Shown: positions 20,339-30,681 of the stretch, piece after piece | How the letters are laid out: the number at the start of each line of letters is the position of its first letter | How positions within the stretch are numbered: the stretch's first letter is position 1 | Sequence record: PV611058.1 | DNA: 64,000 nt | Strand: one strand, 5' to 3' | The notes under the pieces: generated by a model | Databases searched by the model: none | The model's input: only the letters and a program-made list of their open reading frames with translations | Told to the model about the DNA's origin: nothing | Translations under genes and position numbers: made by a program

Positions 20339-20781
20339 ACGGATGCCTCTTCTATAGTAACGAAATCAACTAACCTATCAAGTTTTTCAGTGTCTAGATA
20401 AAATATATCCAGTACTGACTTCTGATATAGTACACTAAATGTACATAGATTGTCAAGTGTTCCTTCATTATAAACAGTACTTCCCTGGAAGTACCCTTCT
20501 TCTGTACTCAGAGATAAAATATCAGAAATTTTAAAAGATTCTTCATTCTCATGACGCTCTATCGTAACTTCATCATATTTTCTGTTCAATGAAATATAAT
20601 CGTATGCTAATTCAATAGTACTACAGTTGTTGTTGCTAGTGTCAAATAAAGAATCAATTGTAATCTTCGTGCCATTAGAAACTTCTCTTCGTTCATCATC
20701 TACGTATTCAGGATTTTCTTTGAAGAACTTAACAACTTTTAGAATATCATTTGCTTTCTTGATTGCACTTTCGTAACTCAT
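20335..20781 (-). CDS. FQ-motif family hypothetical protein
   Basis: motif TEEGYFQGSTVYN. Confidence 0.75.
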   Translation of the reverse strand: MSYESAIKKANDILKVVKFFKENPEYVDDERREVSNGTKITIDSLFDTSNNNCSTIELAYDYISLNRKYDEVTIERHENEESFKISDILSLSTEEGYFQGSTVYNEGTLDNLCTFSVLYQKSVLDIFYLDTEKLDRLVDFVTIEEASV

Positions 20782-21221
20782 TTTTTTCTGGACTCCATAT
20801 ATATCACCTGATTTAGTTCATATACATAATCTAAATCAATGAATATAGAATTATTAAAGTTCTCTTTCAGGAATGCATTAAAAACTACTAAAGCTCTTAA
20901 CGCCCCATTTGGGTATATAGTACTGTACTGGAAGTAAGCATCTTCTGAATTTAAAAATAGTACTTCTTCTTCTGTGAATTCAAAATATTTTCCACCTTCC
21001 TCTATATAATAGAAAGTTCCAGAATCCCATACGAAGTACTTGAATTCCAAATCATAATCATGGGACTCGTACTTATATTCATTACCTAATCCTAGAATAT
21101 CTGTACCAACACTTATAGTACTAATATATGCCCCTTTATAGTCTAAGTACTTTACATTATTTTGAAAGAACTTTACTATATTAACTAATTCTTCAGCGTG
21201 CTTAAGAACACTTTCGTACAT
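20778..21221 (-). CDS. FQ-motif family hypothetical protein
   Basis: motif SEDAYFQYSTIYP. Confidence 0.75.
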   Translation of the reverse strand: MYESVLKHAEELVNIVKFFQNNVKYLDYKGAYISTISVGTDILGLGNEYKYESHDYDLEFKYFVWDSGTFYYIEEGGKYFEFTEEEVLFLNSEDAYFQYSTIYPNGALRALVVFNAFLKENFNNSIFIDLDYVYELNQVIYMESRKK

Positions 21222-21535
21222 TATATTTCAATCTCTATATATTTTTGGGTAATTAAGTAATCCCAGTAGTACTTCACTTGTTTTTGTATCTCAAGTAAAG
21301 CATAAAAATTAATTCTCTTATCCCATACAAGTGATTCCTGAAAAATAAATGATTCATGATCATCTCTGTAATCGCATTCAAGGAAGTCAGGAATATAATC
21401 ACAATCGTGAAGATATTCAATCATTAAAGATTCATTACATCTTCTAATGGCAAGGAGCTGGAAATTATCATGATCGAAGAAATACATTAAACTAATTGTA
21501 CCAGGAATGTACTGAATACTGTATAAGAATTTCAT
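21221..21535 (-). CDS. FQ-motif family hypothetical protein
   Basis: motif HESFIFQESLVWD. Confidence 0.75.
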   Translation of the reverse strand: MKFLYSIQYIPGTISLMYFFDHDNFQLLAIRRCNESLMIEYLHDCDYIPDFLECDYRDDHESFIFQESLVWDKRINFYALLEIQKQVKYYWDYLITQKYIEIEI

Positions 21536-21975
21536 CGTTTGCCCTTATATGCTTCACGTACATATTCATAATCCAAATAAAATCTTGTACTATCAATACT
21601 TTTAAAGTACCACATAATAACTAAAGTATCTAGTACTTCATCATCATACAAAGTACTATTCTGAAAGTAATACTCTTCACTATCCCACGGACCTTTCAGT
21701 ACTTCAAAGTTCAATTTTAAAGGTCTGCTGCGATTATAAAAACGGATTTCACCACCATAAGCATAACTGATAAATTCTGCATCTGGATTGTATTGTGAAA
21801 AATCTGCGGGACTTTTGGAATTCAGCCCAAGAATAACTGTAGTTGTGGTAAAATCACTATCCTTGTAGTAGTTACCATTCTCGGCTTTGTATACTTCTTC
21901 GAACTTCCCAGCCTTGATATCTTCAATATATACCTGTAGTTCTTTTGCTTTATCCAGAGCACTTTGTAATGACAT
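21532..21975 (-). CDS. FQ-motif family hypothetical protein
   Basis: motif GPWDSEEYYFQNSTLYD. Confidence 0.8.
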   Translation of the reverse strand: MSLQSALDKAKELQVYIEDIKAGKFEEVYKAENGNYYKDSDFTTTTVILGLNSKSPADFSQYNPDAEFISYAYGGEIRFYNRSRPLKLNFEVLKGPWDSEEYYFQNSTLYDDEVLDTLVIMWYFKSIDSTRFYLDYEYVREAYKGKR

Positions 21976-22441
21976 TATCTTCCCCTACAGTATTCTCTAC
22001 GTATTCATAATCGAAATAGAAACTATCAGAACCAATACTTTTAAAGTACCACATAATTACAATAACATCTAATTCTTCTTCATTGTACACAGTACTGTTC
22101 TGGAAGTAATATTCTTCACTATCCCACGGACCTTCCAGTACTGAATACGGAATGATTGTGTCATAATCATCGTAATCAGGACTGTAAATTATAATATCTT
22201 CATCTCTACAATAACTAATGTACTGATTGTACATATGATATTCACAGTCATCAGTATCACCCGTATCAGTGTGTAGTACTAACGTTTCTGCACATATCTC
22301 TGACTCATCATAATCGTCGCGGTCTTTTACAAAAAATTCAGTATCAGATGTTTTATACACACCAGGCACTGAACCTTCTTGTACCATAATCATGTACTCA
22401 TGAATCTTCTTTGCTTCTTTCAATGCACTTTCTAATGACAT
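21950..22441 (-). CDS. FQ-motif family hypothetical protein
   Basis: motif GPWDSEEYYFQNSTVYN. Confidence 0.8.
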   Translation of the reverse strand: MSLESALKEAKKIHEYMIMVQEGSVPGVYKTSDTEFFVKDRDDYDESEICAETLVLHTDTGDTDDCEYHMYNQYISYCRDEDIIIYSPDYDDYDTIIPYSVLEGPWDSEEYYFQNSTVYNEEELDVIVIMWYFKSIGSDSFYFDYEYVENTVGEDNVITKCSG

Positions 22442-22443
22442 TA

Positions 22444-22884
22444 CTAATCCCCTGTACTTAAATATTCACATGCTCCCCAGTCAAGGAAGAAGGGTTCAAA
22501 ATTCAATTCCTTAAAGTACCACAAAACAACCAAGGAATCAAGCATTTCTTGGTTAAAAATAAGACTCTGTTGGAAGTAATACTCTTCAGTACCCCACGGC
22601 CCATCAAGTACCCCGAAGTCAACAGGTGTATTTGATGTGTCAAAAGTAATCTTAGTACCTGGAATATATACAAAGAAACTAGTATATTGACTACATGAAG
22701 AGTACTGTATAGTATTGTCTTTATCATGGCCCATAAGTAAAATATCATCAGAGTATGTCTTTATACCTGATAGATAATACTCATTACCAAATGCACTTAC
22801 TTTATCACCATAGAAACCACTTTTTATGTTATCGTGGAAGTGATGTATTTTGTGTGCCAGTTTAAGTGCACTTGCTAAACTCAT
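22444..22884 (-). CDS. FQ-motif family hypothetical protein
   Basis: motif GPWGTEEYYFQQSLIFN. Confidence 0.8.
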   Translation of the reverse strand: MSLASALKLAHKIHHFHDNIKSGFYGDKVSAFGNEYYLSGIKTYSDDILLMGHDKDNTIQYSSCSQYTSFFVYIPGTKITFDTSNTPVDFGVLDGPWGTEEYYFQQSLIFNQEMLDSLVVLWYFKELNFEPFFLDWGACEYLSTGD

Positions 22885-23351
22885 ATATCCTCTTTAATAA
22901 CTCGTAGTAGATCCAAGTCCAGATAGAAGCTAGGACAATCGGTATTATTAAAGTACCACAGAATGACAAGCTTGTCAAGCACATATTCCTCGTAGATAGT
23001 ATTCTGCTGGAAGTAGAACTCTTCACTTCCCCAGTCATTATCCAGTACTGAATATGGAAGATGTTTCTCTGCTGCACCAGTTATAATGTCAGTATATTGT
23101 ATTAAAATATCAGCATCACGACAGAAGTACATGTAATTATCTTCCAGATTAACATCACACCCAGTGAGTGTTGTTTCAGAAGAATCTAAGTTTTCTTCGT
23201 ACATGTGAATGTACTCACTACTGTCATCGTATATCATTCGACAATAAGCTTTACCTTCCTTGAATAGATACCCATTGAGTCGATTGAGTACTATTTCCTT
23301 TTTACATAAATCAATTAACTTAGCAATTTCTAATGCTCTTGCAAAACTCAT
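22881..23351 (-). CDS. FQ-motif family hypothetical protein
   Basis: motif NDWGSEEFYFQQNTIYE. Confidence 0.8.
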   Translation of the reverse strand: MSFARALEIAKLIDLCKKEIVLNRLNGYLFKEGKAYCRMIYDDSSEYIHMYEENLDSSETTLTGCDVNLEDNYMYFCRDADILIQYTDIITGAAEKHLPYSVLDNDWGSEEFYFQQNTIYEEYVLDKLVILWYFNNTDCPSFYLDLDLLRVIKEDI

Positions 23352-23352
23352 A

Positions 23353-23538
23353 TCAACTCCTGTGTTGTGTCTTGATATAATCTCGGTAAACCATGTGAAT
23401 ATTAGCTATATACAATTCACTAATATCATATGTACCGAAGTACATGTCATTCCTAATGCTGTTGTTATGTCTAATATCAATTACGAATCGTCGAAGTATT
23501 GTATTCATGAATGATTCCATTTGTTCTTTTTTATTCAT
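23353..23538 (-). CDS. small hypothetical protein
   Basis: 61 aa ORF abutting both neighbours; YFGT may be a degenerate GTNYQE motif. Confidence 0.6.
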   Translation of the reverse strand: MNKKEQMESFMNTILRRFVIDIRHNNSIRNDMYFGTYDISELYIANIHMVYRDYIKTQHRS

Positions 23539-23951
23539 AGCTTAAAACGATACCTATCTTTGGAATCAGTCTCTATACAGATTCTTCTATATTCTTTCAT
23601 CTTCTGTTGGAGTTCAATAACTTCCTCTAGTGTACACAAGTACTTCTTGTCAAATATTAATGACTCTTGAAATATTTCAGCCTCACCCTGTACAGTTGTA
23701 TAGTCTTTCATATTTTCTACAACTGTTCCTTTGGCCTGATAATCAATGAAGCTAAAGTAAGAACCATTAAATTTAATGTACTGATCCATTTTGTGTTCAT
23801 AATCACCTTTGTTAAGATTGCAATACACTTCCAGTGAAGTACTAATCTTAGGTATAAACATAGAAAAATCATATTCCATATTACTCACCTGTATTGAAAT
23901 AATAATTACTTGTTGTTGGTGTAGATGTATCAAAGGTGTTTTCTTTAACAT
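23535..23951 (-). CDS. FQ-motif family hypothetical protein
   Basis: CNLNKGD plus EAEIFQESLIFDKKY; start probably 23879 (MEYDF). Confidence 0.75.
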   Translation of the reverse strand: MLKKTPLIHLHQQQVIIISIQVSNMEYDFSMFIPKISTSLEVYCNLNKGDYEHKMDQYIKFNGSYFSFIDYQAKGTVVENMKDYTTVQGEAEIFQESLIFDKKYLCTLEEVIELQQKMKEYRRICIETDSKDRYRFKL

Positions 23952-24246
23952 ATCTCTTCATTTCATTTTGTATAAAAATCATATCTTCTATTGTACATGA
24001 GTACTTATTCTTGTCAAACACCAAAGAAGCTTGAAATAGTTCAACATCATCCAGTACTGTATAATCTGTAATACTTTCAGAGTTATAGTCGAAGTCATCA
24101 TGCAATACATCAATGAAATTAAAACACAAATCCGAGTACTGAATATATAAACTCAACTCATGTTCCGAATCACCCTTGACAAGATTACAGCACAAATCCC
24201 ACCCCGTTCTGGACTTACAAACGTACATTGAATAATCATATGTCAT
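23881..24246 (-). CDS. FQ-motif family hypothetical protein
   Basis: CNLVKGD plus DVELFQASLVFD. Confidence 0.8.
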   Translation of the reverse strand: MTYDYSMYVCKSRTGWDLCCNLVKGDSEHELSLYIQYSDLCFNFIDVLHDDFDYNSESITDYTVLDDVELFQASLVFDKNKYSCTIEDMIFIQNEMKRYVKENTFDTSTPTTSNYYFNTGE

Positions 24247-24602
24247 TCTGGTATTCCTATATTGAATTTGTATTCTTGATTAATACTGACATTGCCTTTA
24301 TTCAAAGAGTCATACTCTTTCATTTCATTTTGTATTGCAATAACTTCTTCAAATGTACACAAGTACTTCTTATCAAATACTAATGACTCCTGAAATAGTT
24401 CAGCGGCATCCATTACTGTATAATCCGGCATATCCTGATGTGGATACTGTAATGAATTGTAATCAATGAATGTAAATTTACCCTGAGTGAAATGAATATA
24501 CTCATTTGCACTGTGCATCAAATCACCTTTGTTTAAATTACAAAAGTACTGATAACTGTGCTTGAAAGTATGTACTGATATTAAAAAATCAAATTCCATC
24601 AC
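24243..24602 (-). CDS. FQ-motif family hypothetical protein
   Basis: CNLNKGD plus AAELFQESLVFDKKY. Confidence 0.8.
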   Translation of the reverse strand: MMEFDFLISVHTFKHSYQYFCNLNKGDLMHSANEYIHFTQGKFTFIDYNSLQYPHQDMPDYTVMDAAELFQESLVFDKKYLCTFEEVIAIQNEMKEYDSLNKGNVSINQEYKFNIGIPE

Positions 24603-25024
24603 TCTTCTCCTAGATTAAAAAATTTCCAGAAATCAACTTCACCAGTACTGCACCAGATATCTATACATTCCTTGTGAATACATTTAATTCTATGCTGGAT
24701 TTCAACCATCTCTTCTAATGTACAGATGTACTTCTTATCAAATACTAATGCCTCCTGAAACAGTGCAGCATCATCAAGTACTGTATAGTCCTGCATCTCG
24801 ATAGATATCCCATGAAACCCAGTACTAAAATCCATCAAATAAAAGTCAGCATTCCAGTACTTTAAAATCTTGTCCCTGGCGTAGTTTAAATCACCCTTGT
24901 ATAAGTTACAATGCGTAACTAACTCACCAGTGTACATGAATGTCCTTGCACAAAATTCATTATATTTTATTTGCATCTTCATTTCAATCGTAATCTCTAC
25001 TATAATTAATAAGGTAAACGCCAA
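24599..25024 (-). CDS. FQ-motif family hypothetical protein
   Basis: CNLYKGD plus DAALFQEALVFDKKY; 5' end near assembly gap is uncertain. Confidence 0.7.
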   Translation of the reverse strand: MAFTLLIIVEITIEMKMQIKYNEFCARTFMYTGELVTHCNLYKGDLNYARDKILKYWNADFYLMDFSTGFHGISIEMQDYTVLDDAALFQEALVFDKKYICTLEEMVEIQHRIKCIHKECIDIWCSTGEVDFWKFFNLGEE

Positions 25025-25073
25025 TATAAGGAGAACGTTTGCGGCGGGGTATTTTTTGTTTCAGGAAACATGA

Positions 25074-25150
25074 NNNNNNNNNNNNNNNNNNNNNNNNNNN
25101 NNNNNNNNNNNNNNNNNNNNNNNNNNNNNNNNNNNNNNNNNNNNNNNNNN
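25074..25150. other. assembly gap (N run) with atypical flanks
   Basis: 77 N; flanks (gcggcgggg, caggaaaca, C9 run) are unlike the rest and look like low-quality read ends. Confidence 0.95.
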
Positions 25151-25186
25151 ACCCCCCCCCCAGCGGCCTGTAAAAATGAAACGTCT

Positions 25187-25411
25187 CTATTTATTCAGCC
25201 TAGAAAGCTTGATTTCTTCAATCCTTTTCATCGCACAAAGCCTTCGACTCGTCTTCTCGTATATATTCAATACTCGTTGTACTGCATTATCTGCATCATC
25301 TGCAACTGCAATCTGAACCAAATATGTATCCTTCAAAATCGAATCCATCATGTATTCAAAACCTTTCACACTAAAGCAATATACCACTTCCGGCTCTTCA
25401 AACGTAATCAT
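25187..25411 (-). CDS. small hypothetical protein
   Basis: 74 aa ORF; 3' end adjacent to gap. Confidence 0.55.
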   Translation of the reverse strand: MITFEEPEVVYCFSVKGFEYMMDSILKDTYLVQIAVADDADNAVQRVLNIYEKTSRRLCAMKRIEEIKLSRLNK

Positions 25412-25601
25412 AATTCCAATCCCCTATCCCATCTAACCTTCTAAGATATCTTGCGTAAATTATTTCGAAATATCTGTGCAACGAAATTACGGATTGCTCA
25501 TAATCATCATTCCTGTACATTGTGCATGTAAGAAAATCATTTAAACCGTAATCTAAACTGCACTTGAACTTCTCCTTTGCAACATCTCTAAAATTATCCA
25601 T
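25398..25601 (-). CDS. small hypothetical protein
   Basis: 67 aa ORF with GAGGA RBS. Confidence 0.6.
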   Translation of the reverse strand: MDNFRDVAKEKFKCSLDYGLNDFLTCTMYRNDDYEQSVISLHRYFEIIYARYLRRLDGIGDWNYDYV

Positions 25602-25764
25602 AATATGTCCTCTGCACAGCGTAGGTGTACTGTGAACTCAGCACCGTTAATAGGTAATCTATGTTGTAAGCACGATTTCCTCGTTGACTAGCATGACTAG
25701 AATAAAGAATATTATCCACATATGTATCGAACTGTTCTTCAAATAACTCTTTCATCAGCACCCT

Positions 25765-26391
25765 TTAGCACCCTTTAACAACTTTTGAAATGTAATCTTC
25801 TAATGCACCAATGTTCTTTGTATTCGTTCGAACTAAAAGATAACTTAAATTCTCGAACTCCTGAACATAATGCTTAACAGCGTACATGCATCGTAATTCA
25901 AAATCTGTATGAACCGTTTTGTACTGAAATAACATCTCTTCTGAAGCATCTAAAAGCTCTGTAGCTTGTTCTGTACTGAACTTAAAGGGATTCTGTACTC
26001 CTGAACTAAAACACTTTTGTTCGTTCGTCTGGACACCCTGTGATAGATATAATCCTGTGCTACCATCTTGTGTTGATATCGAATTGAAACCATTACTTGC
26101 AACCATTAAATCTGAACTCAATACAAATAATAATTTATCTTCCTTATGAATTAATAAATCTGACTTCAGGGATTTTATTCCTGTACTGGTTATATCACCT
26201 ATACTAAGATTGTCACTGAACTTCTCAGCGTTGTTCGCAATGCTCTGGACAAGATTTTTTAATCTCTTAATGGCACTTCTGTCTTTTTCTAATGTATCTA
26301 ATAAACTCATTGAACTCATTGTACTTTCCTTACATATTTGTACCGAACAAAACGGAACTTTGAATGCCATTAATCGACACTTCATGTACAT
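25765..26391 (-). CDS. FQ-motif family hypothetical protein
   Basis: motif SEEMLFQYKTVH; start probably near 26319. Confidence 0.7.
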   Translation of the reverse strand: MYMKCRLMAFKVPFCSVQICKESTMSSMSLLDTLEKDRSAIKRLKNLVQSIANNAEKFSDNLSIGDITSTGIKSLKSDLLIHKEDKLLFVLSSDLMVASNGFNSISTQDGSTGLYLSQGVQTNEQKCFSSGVQNPFKFSTEQATELLDASEEMLFQYKTVHTDFELRCMYAVKHYVQEFENLSYLLVRTNTKNIGALEDYISKVVKGC

Positions 26392-26674
26392 ATATATTTT
26401 GTCTGAATACCTGAAGCAATTGAACTAAACTCTGTTGCATAATAATATGCATCGCTAAATTATCAAAGGCCGTTTCGTGTTGGAATCGTGCAGCTTCATC
26501 TTCTATGAAATTCGGAACTTGGACTGGATTCTCAAAATTTGTCCTTGTACTGAACTGTACATCATTGTCCTGTACCTTAATACCATATGAATTATCATTG
26601 TTATCAACTACATCAAATTCAATTAAACTACCATCTTTACTGACGTTTACTATATAAACTGAAAATCTACTCAT
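26330..26674 (-). CDS. FQ-motif family hypothetical protein
   Basis: motif EAARFQHETAFD. Confidence 0.7.
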   Translation of the reverse strand: MSRFSVYIVNVSKDGSLIEFDVVDNNDNSYGIKVQDNDVQFSTRTNFENPVQVPNFIEDEAARFQHETAFDNLAMHIIMQQSLVQLLQVFRQNIYVHEVSINGIQSSVLFGTNM

Positions 26675-27309
26675 AATCCTATTTCCTTTAAATCTTCCAA
26701 AAATGTTTCATAATCACTTAAGGAAAAAAAGATATCCGTATCGATGTTCGCATCTAATACATTATACAAATTCTGCATCTGTAACACATCAGGAGCATCA
26801 ATCAATGATTGCTGAAAATAGGCAGCTTCATCTTCTAAAATATCCCTGAATGATCTCTCTCGTACTCTGTGGTGTACTGAATTGAATATTGTTTTCTCAT
26901 CCTTAAGCATTGGTAGGTATCGAATGTACATGTGTTCTCTTAGATCAGGACTGATGGAACCCCTGAACTGTAACACGTATTCGAAGCACATAGCAACATC
27001 CTGAAGGTAATTGGCACTGTAATTATTGCTGTAAACAATCTTATGACTTCTGAACTCATCATCATTTCTGAACCAATTGTCACCTACTCTGGTGTACTTA
27101 TGACTAAGCAATCCACCCTCTAACGCTTTGATGATCTTCAAAATGTTGTGTGCAAATGCATATGATGTATTGTACTTGGCCTGATACATGTGTGCCTCAA
27201 CCTTATCTTGTGTTAAAATATTCACTGAAATGATTATAACACAAAAGCACCACGATGTTAAGCACTCTGTTGTCAAAATCATCTTGTGATGTAGGATGCA
27301 AGGACGCAT
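26671..27309 (-). CDS. FQ-motif family hypothetical protein
   Basis: motif EAAYFQQSLID; start probably 27189 (MYQAK, GAGG RBS). Confidence 0.7.
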   Translation of the reverse strand: MRPCILHHKMILTTECLTSWCFCVIIISVNILTQDKVEAHMYQAKYNTSYAFAHNILKIIKALEGGLLSHKYTRVGDNWFRNDDEFRSHKIVYSNNYSANYLQDVAMCFEYVLQFRGSISPDLREHMYIRYLPMLKDEKTIFNSVHHRVRERSFRDILEDEAAYFQQSLIDAPDVLQMQNLYNVLDANIDTDIFFSLSDYETFLEDLKEIGL

Positions 27310-27397
27310 TGATGTTAAAATTCACTATATCATTGTGGAATTGGTATGTGAACAAATCAAACTTCGTATGCCTTTGTTTGATATCATAGGCGGTCAT
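27203..27397 (-). CDS. small hypothetical protein
   Basis: 64 aa ORF between array members. Confidence 0.55.
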   Translation of the reverse strand: MTAYDIKQRHTKFDLFTYQFHNDIVNFNINASLHPTSQDDFDNRVLNIVVLLCYNHFSEYFNTR

Positions 27398-27398
27398 A

Positions 27399-28007
27399 TT
27401 ATATATTCAACCCTTTAACAATGGAAATAAATTCTTTGTAAACATTTTCAGGTAAAGCTCTACTACCATAAAGAACACTAAATTCAGGTAACATATCCGA
27501 AATCTCTTTCGCTAAATTTATTTCATCCCTGAACATTTGCACAGGCATGATATCCTGTACCAATGATAACTGAAAGAAAAATGATTCAATATCTTCATGA
27601 ACCTCTGAATTTAAATAAATCTCTTCTGGAAACTGGGCTGTACTGTAATAATAAAATACATCAATTCTTTTTTCATTATTTTGTACAAGAGGTAAATTTC
27701 TTTCGTCTCTCTTATTAATATTTGTTTTCCATGACTCAATGTTATTCGGAACCCAAAACTCATAAGGTGTCTTCTCTCCTGAAATATTATCCAGCTTCAA
27801 TCCATAATATTCACTTTCGCCGTACTTTTGCTTCAAAACAATACCTGTACTACTGATGTTTACAATGTACGTATCAACAATCCCTTCTGTGGTAAAAGGA
27901 ATATTTAACTCTGAACCTTCAGGGTACTTAGCATTGAATGAATCTAATGCTTTACTTAGCACTGGGATTGCACTTGTACTGTACTTCATTAATTGATCTA
28001 TGTTCAT
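27399..28007 (-). CDS. FQ-motif family hypothetical protein
   Basis: motif IESFFFQLSLVQD. Confidence 0.75.
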   Translation of the reverse strand: MNIDQLMKYSTSAIPVLSKALDSFNAKYPEGSELNIPFTTEGIVDTYIVNISSTGIVLKQKYGESEYYGLKLDNISGEKTPYEFWVPNNIESWKTNINKRDERNLPLVQNNEKRIDVFYYYSTAQFPEEIYLNSEVHEDIESFFFQLSLVQDIMPVQMFRDEINLAKEISDMLPEFSVLYGSRALPENVYKEFISIVKGLNI

Positions 28008-28579
28008 TTTAATTCCCCTGTAATCACTGCATTTACTGCACTTGATGCAAATAAACTGATATTTGAACGATACATATCGTACACTGTACTTTCTTTCTTG
28101 TGCACAATGAAATCATAAAGATCGACGAATGCAGGAATAATAATCTTGAATGATTTATTTGGGTACGTCCCAAAATCAACTGTACTCAATTTTGCAACGA
28201 GCATAACAACAAAGATTTCTTCTGGACTATGCAATGTACTGTACTGAAAATATTCCTCAGCACTCATGGCACTTATTGCATTTATATCTTGTGTTTGTAA
28301 TGTAATATTAAGATATTCAAAAATAGAATAAAACTCTGATTTTGTTTGTATTTTGTATTTGTCAATTGGGGTATCTCTCATGAACCATAAACGATCTTGT
28401 CCATAAAAAGGAATGATTGAATTTGGGGAAGCCAGAAATACTTCTTCTCTATCAATATCCTTTAACTCAATTTGCATACCGGATGAATTGGCAATAATTA
28501 ATTCATGAAAAATATAATGAACCTTGTGTACCATCTCTTGTACTGAATTGAAATCATCTGGTATTTTAAAATTTTCCAT
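28004..28579 (-). CDS. FQ-motif family hypothetical protein
   Basis: motif AEEYFQYSTLH; AGGAG RBS. Confidence 0.8.
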   Translation of the reverse strand: MENFKIPDDFNSVQEMVHKVHYIFHELIIANSSGMQIELKDIDREEVFLASPNSIIPFYGQDRLWFMRDTPIDKYKIQTKSEFYSIFEYLNITLQTQDINAISAMSAEEYFQYSTLHSPEEIFVVMLVAKLSTVDFGTYPNKSFKIIIPAFVDLYDFIVHKKESTVYDMYRSNISLFASSAVNAVITGELK

Positions 28580-28653
28580 AGGTATCTCCTTAAAAAATGA
28601 TTACACATTGTACCATGCATTTGTACTTGTGTCAAACAAAAAAAGCCCATATC

Positions 28654-29151
28654 TTACGATACAGGCATGTTTATTTGAATTTCATTGTACAAATCATCAA
28701 TATATAGACATGAAAACGATAAACTTTCTTTAACTATATTGTTGTGATAAAGCATTTTAAATGCAATATAGAAAAATAAATCAATATCATCATGTACTAA
28801 ATTCTGCTGGAACCACCACTCTTCTGTTAAATCTTGTGCATTAAAATCATCAGGAACTACAATTGACGACATATCAGCATCTTCTTTGTACTCAAACCAC
28901 ATGTCGTCATTTGGATAACGTTCATGCTTCTCTGGGTAACAATTGCTGGGATTAAATGCTAAAATATAAAATGCCGTCGCAGAATGTTCTTTATTATAAA
29001 ATGAATTATTCCACACCTGATACCTTTCACCAACATCAAACTCTTTTGATACTGATGTTATTGCACATAATGTACGATATATTGTTTCTATTTTGTGAAC
29101 AAATTTAAAGGCTGCATCTAAACTGAACTCTAAATCAGACATGCGGTGCAT
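28654..29151 (-). CDS. FQ-motif family hypothetical protein
   Basis: motif TEEWWFQQNLVHD. Confidence 0.75.
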   Translation of the reverse strand: MHRMSDLEFSLDAAFKFVHKIETIYRTLCAITSVSKEFDVGERYQVWNNSFYNKEHSATAFYILAFNPSNCYPEKHERYPNDDMWFEYKEDADMSSIVVPDDFNAQDLTEEWWFQQNLVHDDIDLFFYIAFKMLYHNNIVKESLSFSCLYIDDLYNEIQINMPVS

Positions 29152-29471
29152 AAAATTACCTCAACTAAAATAAGAACGGTATTGAATTCGATGCAACCTT
29201 TGATACCTTGATTGTACATGTACTTTGCTACTACATATTTCTGTACTAAATTATAATTATTAAATTCCTCAAAATTGTAATTTAGAATGAAATTTGTACT
29301 CAAAAATAACTTATGCATCTCTAATGCACTCTGATAATATTTGTACAACTCACTGATATCAATACTTTGTAAATCACTTTGTTCATATGTATGATAAGGA
29401 ATGGCGTCAATTTCAATATTATTAAACCATTCTCTTAACTTCTTAATATCAAATGTATTATTCAGCTTCAT
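29130..29471 (-). CDS. hypothetical protein
   Basis: 113 aa ORF in the array; no clear motif. Confidence 0.6.
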   Translation of the reverse strand: MKLNNTFDIKKLREWFNNIEIDAIPYHTYEQSDLQSIDISELYKYYQSALEMHKLFLSTNFILNYNFEEFNNYNLVQKYVVAKYMYNQGIKGCIEFNTVLILVEVILCTACLI

Positions 29472-30051
29472 AACTCAATACCTCCATTAAGCACTCATAA
29501 ACACCATCAATCGCATAAGCACAAAAATTGAAATTAATTTTGTGATTCTTGTGTAATGGACTATTGTGTACTGTACTCATTATGACATTATAAAACAACA
29601 AACGCACTGGTACAAGCATTGAACCTTGGAAAAATTCTTCCTCTGATTTATATGTATTGTACTCTATTGCTTTGTTCGTTTCTGTATCATATGTTACCAT
29701 TACTAATGGGGAATTTTTATTATACCATGCGTATTCTAAATCATTCTTTCCAATAACAGCACCTGGGGCGAAATCCAAAAGACCAATAACACTACGGGAA
29801 TTTGGGGTATCAGGTGTATTGAATCGTTTATCAAAATGACTCGTGCACGCAATATGTGAATTATAATCAGATGGTTTAAACCCCATGAATGCGTTAATGA
29901 TTCTTGTATATGGTTTTTTATTATGTGCTGCTTTCTGTGCATTATATAAGGCTGCAACAATACAAGCTAACTTTTGTCCCATAAGGATTGCATTAGCGTA
30001 GGTGTACTGAATTTCATTGTACTCATTGCTTTCATTGTACTTCGAGATCAT
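29458..30051 (-). CDS. FQ-motif family hypothetical protein
   Basis: motif SEEEFFQGSMLV. Confidence 0.75.
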   Translation of the reverse strand: MISKYNESNEYNEIQYTYANAILMGQKLACIVAALYNAQKAAHNKKPYTRIINAFMGFKPSDYNSHIACTSHFDKRFNTPDTPNSRSVIGLLDFAPGAVIGKNDLEYAWYNKNSPLVMVTYDTETNKAIEYNTYKSEEEFFQGSMLVPVRLLFYNVIMSTVHNSPLHKNHKINFNFCAYAIDGVYECLMEVLSYEAE

Positions 30052-30373
30052 GGAACAGCCTCACTTTACCTAACTTGTCATTGGATATTAATTCGTTAAC
30101 AGCTTTCTGTATATTCCTTAATAATAGCACATCAAATCCTTTTGTGTCAAGCACACATTGCATTTGGAAGAATTCTTCTTCTGATAATGTATTAAAATCC
30201 ACAAAATTGTCTAATATTACGTCATTATCCAAATGTGCCATGTGCCATGTATTTCTTTCGGAGCGTTTAATAAAATTCCATCCATCTGGATAATCGGGTT
30301 CTAATTCTACATATATCCCCGATACTGTATAAAGCATTTTATATATCATAACTATTGTACTCATTGCTTTCAC
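30032..30373 (-). CDS. FQ-motif family hypothetical protein
   Basis: motif DFNTLSEEEFFQMQCVLD. Confidence 0.8.
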   Translation of the reverse strand: MKAMSTIVMIYKMLYTVSGIYVELEPDYPDGWNFIKRSERNTWHMAHLDNDVILDNFVDFNTLSEEEFFQMQCVLDTKGFDVLLLRNIQKAVNELISNDKLGKVRLFHDLEVQ

Positions 30374-30681
30374 TGTACGTCGATGTCATAATACGCTCCT
30401 ACCTCATAATCTTTCTTGCTTTGGAATTCATTAACGACTTTCTGTATATTTCTTAATGTTACCATGTCATGTCCGTACATGTCAACCACCAATTGCATTT
30501 GGAAAAATTCTTCTTCAGATAATGTATTAAAATCTATAAAATAATCCGTAACAACATGTTCGTCTAAATTTGCCATGTACCATTGATTGGTATCGACCTC
30601 TTTAACCAAATTCCATGCATCTGAATCGGATTCTAATTCTACATATATTAATGTTAATGTATAAAGAATTTTATACTTCAT
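30370..30681 (-). CDS. FQ-motif family hypothetical protein
   Basis: motif DFNTLSEEEFFQMQLVVD; close paralogue of previous. Confidence 0.8.
   Translation of the reverse strand: MKYKILYTLTLIYVELESDSDAWNLVKEVDTNQWYMANLDEHVVTDYFIDFNTLSEEEFFQMQLVVDMYGHDMVTLRNIQKVVNEFQSKKDYEVGAYYDIDVQ

Noticed and set aside
25025-25200. GC-rich sequence and ORF 25070..25444 around the N gap
   Set aside because: Spans Ns; flanks include a C9 run and CAGGAAACA (M13-reverse-like) and look like low-quality or vector-derived read ends.
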